Shown here one piece after another: positions 42,493 through 48,248 of a stretch of 48,248 nt of DNA. Made by a program: the position numbers and the translations under genes. A model generated the notes under the pieces. The model saw only the letters and a list, made by a program, of their open reading frames with translations, was not told where the DNA came from and did no database searches. This stretch comes from Methanosphaera sp. rholeuAM6. GTDB taxonomy: Archaea; Methanobacteriota; Methanobacteria; Methanobacteriales; Methanobacteriaceae. The stretch is from assembly GCA_003266105.1 (NCBI GenBank), contig MVAA01000076.1, positions 1 to 48,248 of the forward strand, in the 5' to 3' direction. How positions within the stretch are numbered: the first letter of the stretch is position 1; every line of letters starts with the position of its first letter.

Positions 42493-43671
42493 TTATTCCG
42501 GAATATGAACCTTCAACACGTCCAATTGTGTACAAACAGCATTGTTGTCAGTTATGCTGCTGACACTGGGAATGCTGCGACCTTCATCTCCGGATATCAA
42601 TTCCTTAATATATAATCCGCCCTCGCATGTTATTATTAATCGTAATTTTCTACTGTTGATTCTTTCAACATCCAAATTGAATATTTTTCTTGTTCTGATC
42701 TTGTCAGCTCTACGATGAGAAACGCGTATGGGCGTTCTTTGCTCAATAATATTCAGTTGTTCAATACGTCTAACGTCATTGCTTGTTACACCGTTTTCAA
42801 ATTCGGCAACGGCACTATAAACCTTGTAGCTTTCAACCGAACTGTTCTTTATGCTTGATCTGCGGCTGTTGTCCACAAATTTAAGGTCATTGATTTCTAT
42901 TTTACCTTCACTGTGACTGTTAACAACACGTCTTAACAGTTTTAAATCAATGCTTCGAACAAATGGATGTTTGACTTCTATGACAAATGGTCTTCCATCA
43001 CCCAACATCAAGACATCAATATCTTCACGGCCCGAACCGTGAAACTTAATTTGCTTACCCTTAGCCATTGGTAGCAAATGCTTTCCAATAAGTCCTTCAA
43101 CAGTTTCCCTGTACTGTTGACCGGTACCGTCACAACAATCGCAGCCCTTTCCCTTACAGTGTGTGCAGGGCCATTTTGTCTGGGGAATTCCACGTACAAG
43201 TTTACGGTATCTTCCCTCAATAAACAGTGGATTAGTATCAATAAACACTGTTAAATTAGCAATCTCTGGGTATGGTGTATGAGGATAAGGTTTCTTCCTT
43301 ATTTTAATGTTGATTATAACTTCAGGATTTTTGTAATCAAGTGTCTTTCCCATTTTTTCTACAATCATTGCTGACAAGTCTTTTCGTAACTGTTTTTTCA
43401 ATCCGTTATTTCCCTGATAATTAACGGACTTGTGAATAATCTTTTCAGCCCTGTTTAACTCATCATAACTGACCTGGCATGCTATGTGAAATGTGTCAAA
43501 TTCAATGCCGAACTTGTGTATCTTGTTATAAATCATTCGATAAATTTTATCTTCATGTAATAATAGATTGTCACAGATGCTGCATTTTTCATTTTCCCTG
43601 GTTTTAGTGAATTTTCTGCTTATTCGTGCCAAGCATCTGGAACACAGTTTGTATTCGGTTTCTTGTGACAT
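42493..43671 (-). CDS. pus10: tRNA pseudouridine(54/55) synthase Pus10
   Basis: N-terminal CxxC pairs, GRYRKLVRGIPQTKW, FHGSGREDIDV (catalytic Asp), QRTPIRV.HRRAD, GGLYIKELISGD. Confidence 0.95.
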   Translation of the reverse strand: MSQETEYKLCSRCLARISRKFTKTRENEKCSICDNLLLHEDKIYRMIYNKIHKFGIEFDTFHIACQVSYDELNRAEKIIHKSVNYQGNNGLKKQLRKDLSAMIVEKMGKTLDYKNPEVIINIKIRKKPYPHTPYPEIANLTVFIDTNPLFIEGRYRKLVRGIPQTKWPCTHCKGKGCDCCDGTGQQYRETVEGLIGKHLLPMAKGKQIKFHGSGREDIDVLMLGDGRPFVIEVKHPFVRSIDLKLLRRVVNSHSEGKIEINDLKFVDNSRRSSIKNSSVESYKVYSAVAEFENGVTSNDVRRIEQLNIIEQRTPIRVSHRRADKIRTRKIFNLDVERINSRKLRLIITCEGGLYIKELISGDEGRSIPSVSSITDNNAVCTQLDVLKVHIPE

Positions 43672-43744
43672 GATAAAAACTTTCCTCAAAATTGTTTAAA
43701 AATCTTTAGTAAAAATAGTGTTGGGATGGGGATAATGTTTATCA

Positions 43745-45076
43745 TTATCTCATGTGTCTCATGAGTTTTCCCATAGGACCACCCATATTACGTTTGCTCA
43801 TACCTTTAAGTGCTTTTTTGGTTACGCTGTAATATTTTAATAATTCCTTGACATCATCGTTTGTTAAACCTGCACCCCTGCTGATACGTGTAATTCTTGA
43901 TTTTTTGATTACTTCGGGATTTTCAAGTTCGTATTCAGTCATTGAGTTCATAAGTATTTTATACTTGTTTAGTTTGTCTTCCGTAACCTTTGATGCATTT
44001 GCCGGCAATTGATTACTGAGTCCCGGAATTAGTTTCATTACTTGCTGAATCGGTCCCATCTTATTCATCATGGACAGCTGGTTTTCCATATCCTTTAATG
44101 TGAATTTACCATGCATCATTGATTCTATCATTTCCTGATCGGATTTTTCCGATGTGGCTTCGGCAGCCTTTTCAAGTAATGTTTCAATGTCTCCCATTCC
44201 AAGAAGTCTTGAAATAAATCTGTTGGGATCGAATGCTTCAAAGTCATCCACCCTTTCACCGGTACCGATAAACTTGATGGGTGCGTGTATTTCTGCCACT
44301 GCAGATAGTGCTCCTCCACCTTTTGCAGAACCGTCTAATTTACTTACTATTATTGAACCGATATCAGTGGTTTGTTTAAATGATTCTGCTTGACTGCGTG
44401 CTTGCTGACCTATTGTTCCGTCAATAACAAGTATGACTTCATCAGGTTCTACAACACCACTGAGTTCTTTCATTTCGTCTAGCAGGTCCTGTTCTTCCTT
44501 GTGACGTCCTGCCGTATCCACCAGGATTACATCGTATTTATTTCCACATTCCTCAAGCCCTTTACGTGCTAGGTCTATTGCATCCTTGTTTTCAGGGTCT
44601 CCAAATACAGGTGTGTCAAGAGGTTCACATAATTGTCTTAGCTGTTCGTATGCTGCAGGTCTCCATGTGTCGGTACATACTATTGCACAGTTTTGTCCTT
44701 TCTTTTTAAGGTGTTTTACAAGTTTTGCTGTTGTGGTTGTTTTACCACTACCCTGTAAACCTAACATCATTATCTTAAATGGTTTGTGTGTTATTTCCAG
44801 TTCCTTTGGTTCTTCACCGATTAGATTTACCAATTCTTCGTATACAATACGCATTACATGTTCTTTAGGACTTAATCCTTTTGGAAGTTCTTCTTCAAGT
44901 GCCCGTTTTTCAATCTTCTTTGTGAGTGCGAAAACCACTTTAACGTTTACGTCTGACTGTATGAGTGCACGTTGAATGTCTTTTGTAACTTCTTTCAATG
45001 TCTTTTTGTCTATTATTGACATTCCTGCTAGTTTTTTCATAGTTTTTGTTAGACTGTCACCTAATCCTTCTAGCAT
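43745..45076 (-). CDS. srp54: signal recognition particle protein Srp54
   Basis: [34 protein letters not shown], Met-rich M domain. Confidence 0.97.
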   Translation of the reverse strand: MLEGLGDSLTKTMKKLAGMSIIDKKTLKEVTKDIQRALIQSDVNVKVVFALTKKIEKRALEEELPKGLSPKEHVMRIVYEELVNLIGEEPKELEITHKPFKIMMLGLQGSGKTTTTAKLVKHLKKKGQNCAIVCTDTWRPAAYEQLRQLCEPLDTPVFGDPENKDAIDLARKGLEECGNKYDVILVDTAGRHKEEQDLLDEMKELSGVVEPDEVILVIDGTIGQQARSQAESFKQTTDIGSIIVSKLDGSAKGGGALSAVAEIHAPIKFIGTGERVDDFEAFDPNRFISRLLGMGDIETLLEKAAEATSEKSDQEMIESMMHGKFTLKDMENQLSMMNKMGPIQQVMKLIPGLSNQLPANASKVTEDKLNKYKILMNSMTEYELENPEVIKKSRITRISRGAGLTNDDVKELLKYYSVTKKALKGMSKRNMGGPMGKLMRHMR

Positions 45077-45213
45077 TTGTTTAACCTCCTTTTCCTTATT
45101 TGTTTAAACTCCATTAATATATAATTATATCAATGCTAACATTAATAATTAAGTATTTTACTTACAGAAATTATATATTTATATTATAAGATTATCTAAG
45201 GAGTCAATGTATT

Positions 45214-45777
45214 ATGTTAGAAGAGTTAAAGAAATCTTTACTTGAATGTCCTGTTGTTAAAAAAGGTGACTATTTTTATTTTGTTCATCCCATCAGTGAT
45301 GGAGTTCCATTAGTGGAAAGTAAATTAATGAATTCAATAATGGATTATATTGTTGATAACTTTGATTTATCGGATGTTGAAAAGATTGTTGGTGTGGAAT
45401 CTATGGGTATTCCTCTTGCCACTGCCTTGTCATTAAGAACCGACATTCCATTTGTTATTATTCGTAAACGTTCCTATGGATTGGCAGGTGAGTGCCAGGT
45501 TCATCAAAAAACCGGTTACGGCAAAAGTGAACTGTTTATAAACAATATCGCTAAGGATGATAACATTCTGTTGATTGATGATGTTGTTAGTACTGGGGGT
45601 ACATTAACCAGTGTAATCAAAGCATTGGATGAGATTGGAGCCAACATTATACATGTTATTCTTCCTATTGAGAAGGATGACGGTAAGAAAATTGTTGAGG
45701 AAAACACTGGTAAAAGGCTTAGTACCCTGGTTAAAATCAGGATGATTGATGGAAAGGTTACTATTGTTGAAGATTAG
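45214..45777 (+). CDS. hpt: hypoxanthine/guanine (purine) phosphoribosyltransferase, archaeal type
   Basis: YFVHPISDG, ESMGIP, IRKR.YGL, PRPP motif LIDDVVSTGGT. Confidence 0.88.
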   Translation: MLEELKKSLLECPVVKKGDYFYFVHPISDGVPLVESKLMNSIMDYIVDNFDLSDVEKIVGVESMGIPLATALSLRTDIPFVIIRKRSYGLAGECQVHQKTGYGKSELFINNIAKDDNILLIDDVVSTGGTLTSVIKALDEIGANIIHVILPIEKDDGKKIVEENTGKRLSTLVKIRMIDGKVTIVED

Positions 45778-45786
45778 GTTATTGTT

Positions 45787-46800
45787 ATGTCTACTCTTGA
45801 TTATGATTATAAGATTGATGTTATAGTGGATAAGATAAGGGATTTGAATGCTAAGAACATTATTTTACAGTTTCCTGAAGGTTTAAAATCTGATGCTGTT
45901 AGTATAGCAAATGATATTGAGGGCATACTGGATGATGTTAATGTTATAATTGATGCAGATCCATGTTTTGGTGCTTGTGATTTGGCTGATGTTAAAGTAA
46001 ATAGGCACATTGACCTGGTTGTTCATTTTGCTCATACGCCACTGCCTATCAAGACGGATTGTCCGGTGCTATTTGTTGAGGCTCATTCTTCTGCCGATAT
46101 TGAAGCTCCAATTCTGGATGCCATATCCAGCTTTGATGATAATGTAAAGACTGTGGGACTGATTACGACCACGCAACATATACATAAACTGGATGAAATG
46201 ATAAAGATCATAGAAGAGGAGGGATATACTGTAAAACTTGACAATGGAATGGGCACCAGTAAGGGTCAAGTGTTAGGATGCAACTTCACTTCTATAAAAT
46301 ATTTGGATGTTGATGTGATAGTATATGTTGGCAGTGGAGACTTTCATGCACTGGGAGTAAAACTCTTCACACAAAAACCGGTACTGCTGGCAGATCCATT
46401 CATAGGAAAATCAAGACAGATAGAAGAATTCCATGATAAAATACTAAGAATAAGATTTGCAAGAATATGCAAAGCCAAAGAAGCAAAATCATTTGGAATA
46501 ATAATGTCAAGCAAGAAAGGACAGTTAAGATTTGATTTGGCAATAAAACTAAAACAACTAATAAAAGAACATGGATATGAAGCACAAATACTAAACATGG
46601 ATTACATATCACCCGAGTTACTTCTGCCATACAAACTGGACGCCTTTGTAATGACAGCATGTCCAAGAATAGCAATAGATGACAGTGCAATGTACAAAAA
46701 ACCACTCTTGACACCACAAGAGTTGGAAATCGTACTTGGCCTAAGACAATGGGATGACTACCAGATGGATGAAATCATAGTTCACGACGAACAGACTTGA
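45787..46800 (+). CDS. dph2: diphthamide biosynthesis enzyme Dph2
   Basis: LQFPEGLK, CFGACD, GQVLGC, GDFH, KKGQ, TACPRI..DD. Confidence 0.93.
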   Translation: MSTLDYDYKIDVIVDKIRDLNAKNIILQFPEGLKSDAVSIANDIEGILDDVNVIIDADPCFGACDLADVKVNRHIDLVVHFAHTPLPIKTDCPVLFVEAHSSADIEAPILDAISSFDDNVKTVGLITTTQHIHKLDEMIKIIEEEGYTVKLDNGMGTSKGQVLGCNFTSIKYLDVDVIVYVGSGDFHALGVKLFTQKPVLLADPFIGKSRQIEEFHDKILRIRFARICKAKEAKSFGIIMSSKKGQLRFDLAIKLKQLIKEHGYEAQILNMDYISPELLLPYKLDAFVMTACPRIAIDDSAMYKKPLLTPQELEIVLGLRQWDDYQMDEIIVHDEQT

Positions 46801-46882
46801 AAAAATATAGTTAGTTTTATTATTTATAAAAGAAATAAATAATATATTATATCATTCTAAAAAAAACTTGAGTAATACAACT

Positions 46883-47446
46883 ATGAATCATAAAGAAAAT
46901 GACTTAGTACTACCCGGAGAAATATTATGCACCTATGAAGAGTATATTCCATCCAGTTGGACATACGTGGAGGAAGGATTCATTAAAGCCAGCATAAACG
47001 GAAGAATACAAATAAATAAAAAAGAAAAAACAATATCAGTATCATCCATTAATGCTCCAGACAGTCTGAAAATAGACGACTATGTGGTAGGACATATTAC
47101 AGAAGTTAAACAGAACAAGGCACTAGTAACGATAAAGATGATAAAGGGCAAAAATCGAGACCTAATAACGGGTTACAAAGGATATATACATATATCCAAA
47201 GCCAATGAAGACTACATTTCATCACTCCACGACTTGTTTAAGATAGGTGATATTGTAGAAGCAAAAGTTATAAACATTTATGGACCCGAATACATTGATT
47301 TAAGTACGTCACAAAAAGATACTGGTGTTATAAAGGCAATGTGTGTAAATTGTCGCAAATTCATGAAACTGGTTGACGGCAAACTAGTATGTGAATGTGG
47401 AAAAGTAGATTCACGAAATATATCAAGTAATTATGGAGGTTTTTAA
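46883..47446 (+). CDS. csl4: exosome RNA-binding subunit Csl4
   Basis: VLPGE...EEY, S1 domain (IHIS..FKIGDIVEAKV), GVIKAMCVNC..CECG zinc ribbon; alternative TTG start at 46868. Confidence 0.9.
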   Translation: MNHKENDLVLPGEILCTYEEYIPSSWTYVEEGFIKASINGRIQINKKEKTISVSSINAPDSLKIDDYVVGHITEVKQNKALVTIKMIKGKNRDLITGYKGYIHISKANEDYISSLHDLFKIGDIVEAKVINIYGPEYIDLSTSQKDTGVIKAMCVNCRKFMKLVDGKLVCECGKVDSRNISSNYGGF

Positions 47447-47449
47447 AAC

Positions 47450-47716
47450 ATGAAATATATTAAGGAAGATGAAGGACACTTAGTCTTGGAAGTAACAGGA
47501 GAAACCCATACAATATGTAACATATTAAGAAAAAGATTAATGCAACAGGAGGAAGTAAGTGCTGCAGCATATGACATAACACATCCACTAATAGGACAAC
47601 CGGAATTTGATGTTGTAAGTCCAAACCCAAAAGAATCATTAATCACAGCATCAGAAACCATAAAAACCGAAGTAAACGAGTTTAAAGAAGCATTAACAGA
47701 AGCATTTAATGAATAA
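47450..47716 (+). CDS. rpoL: RNA polymerase subunit L (Rpo11)
   Basis: GETHTICNILR, AAYDITHPL; follows csl4; GGAGGT RBS. Confidence 0.93.
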   Translation: MKYIKEDEGHLVLEVTGETHTICNILRKRLMQQEEVSAAAYDITHPLIGQPEFDVVSPNPKESLITASETIKTEVNEFKEALTEAFNE

Positions 47717-47749
47717 AGCTTCTTTATTCAAACCAAAACTTTTTTTTTT
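47710..47749 (+). terminator. putative rpoL terminator
   Basis: tgaataaag-ctt-ctttattca hairpin containing the TAA, then a long T run. Confidence 0.55.
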
Positions 47750-48208
47750 ATTAATAACATATGACAATTATTTTTACAATTCAAAAATATGGTTATATTT
47801 TTCAAACAGCCATCAAAATATAAAAAACTATAATTATACATAATATTGATAAATTATAGGGTAATTGAAAGCTCAAAAACAGAATTGTTTCACATTCTCT
47901 AATCCATTACTAAACAATACTTTATCATAAGATAGCATTTTTAAATTCAACTACTGTTTATAATTAAACATCATCCTATTTTTAACTGTCAAAAGTTTTA
48001 TTCTCACACATAAAAAACATTCAACAATCAACATGAAAACAGGGCATGAAAAACATAAAACATCTTAAAATAAATGAATACCTTTTTTTAATGGAACATT
48101 TGAAAGATGGAAGATTAAACGATTTTAATTTTCAAAAAAAATAATATTGTTGAATAAGAAATTAAGTATTCTTATTCAATATATTTGGTGGGGAGTATGT
48201 TTACTGTC

Positions 48209-48248
48209 TTAAGCGAATGTTAGTGTTGTTTTTGTTCCTGTGTATGCG
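48209..48248 (-). CDS. possible 3' end of a gene entering from the right edge
   Basis: Minus strand reads ...AYTGTKTTLTFA*, followed by a C-rich tract (actccccacc) like other 3' ends here; only 13 codons are visible. Confidence 0.3.
   Translation of the reverse strand, partial: AYTGTKTTLTFA

Noticed and set aside
242..47661. Many short ORFs antisense or out of frame to the long genes (e.g. 8243-8491, 13902-14426, 28786-29169, 44586-44975, 47443-47661)
   Set aside because: They overlap well-supported genes, have no recognisable motifs and show the composition expected of shadow ORFs
47750..48200. Long spacer after rpoL as an RNA gene or pseudogene
   Set aside because: AT-rich, with no GC-rich stems and no recognisable protein fragment

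Overview
AT-rich archaeal chromosomal DNA from the order Methanobacteriales, most likely a Methanosphaera-like methanogen. This assignment rests on gene content, the TTACA[C/G]TTGAAA mini-ORB repeats, lysA/dapF and an adhesin-like protein. The window holds the chromosomal replication origin (about 5320-6090: Orc1/Cdc6 gene, clustered mini-ORB repeats and a central AT-rich unwinding element). Around it are mostly core genes: hef, trmI, pyrB, cbiB, cbiG, cbiH, PolD small subunit, dapF, lysA, tRNA-Arg(UCG), ilvD, signal peptidase, argS, thrS, thiL, a HemK-family methyltransferase, ksgA, rpoF, rpl21e, pus10, srp54, hpt, dph2, csl4 and rpoL. I saw no CRISPR array, IS element, integrase or rRNA. Most interesting observations: (1) an origin-proximal Soj/ParA gene is coupled to a 107-aa protein that carries the bacterial ParB/Spo0J ParA-activating peptide (LGRGLDALI) but no ParB CTPase/HTH core, a candidate minimal archaeal segregation system; (2) exact copies of an origin mini-ORB variant lie 2 and 7 kb outside oriC; (3) many 3' ends share a hairpin overlapping the stop codon, often followed by a C-rich tract and an ACTATTTT motif; (4) a decayed cbiX/cfbA chelatase remnant is missing from the ORF track; (5) there are orphan pilin-like genes, a LemA plus tandem DUF2207 locus, and kb-scale synonymous-skew domains that appear independent of gene orientation. 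All family assignments come from motif recognition by eye; no searches were run.
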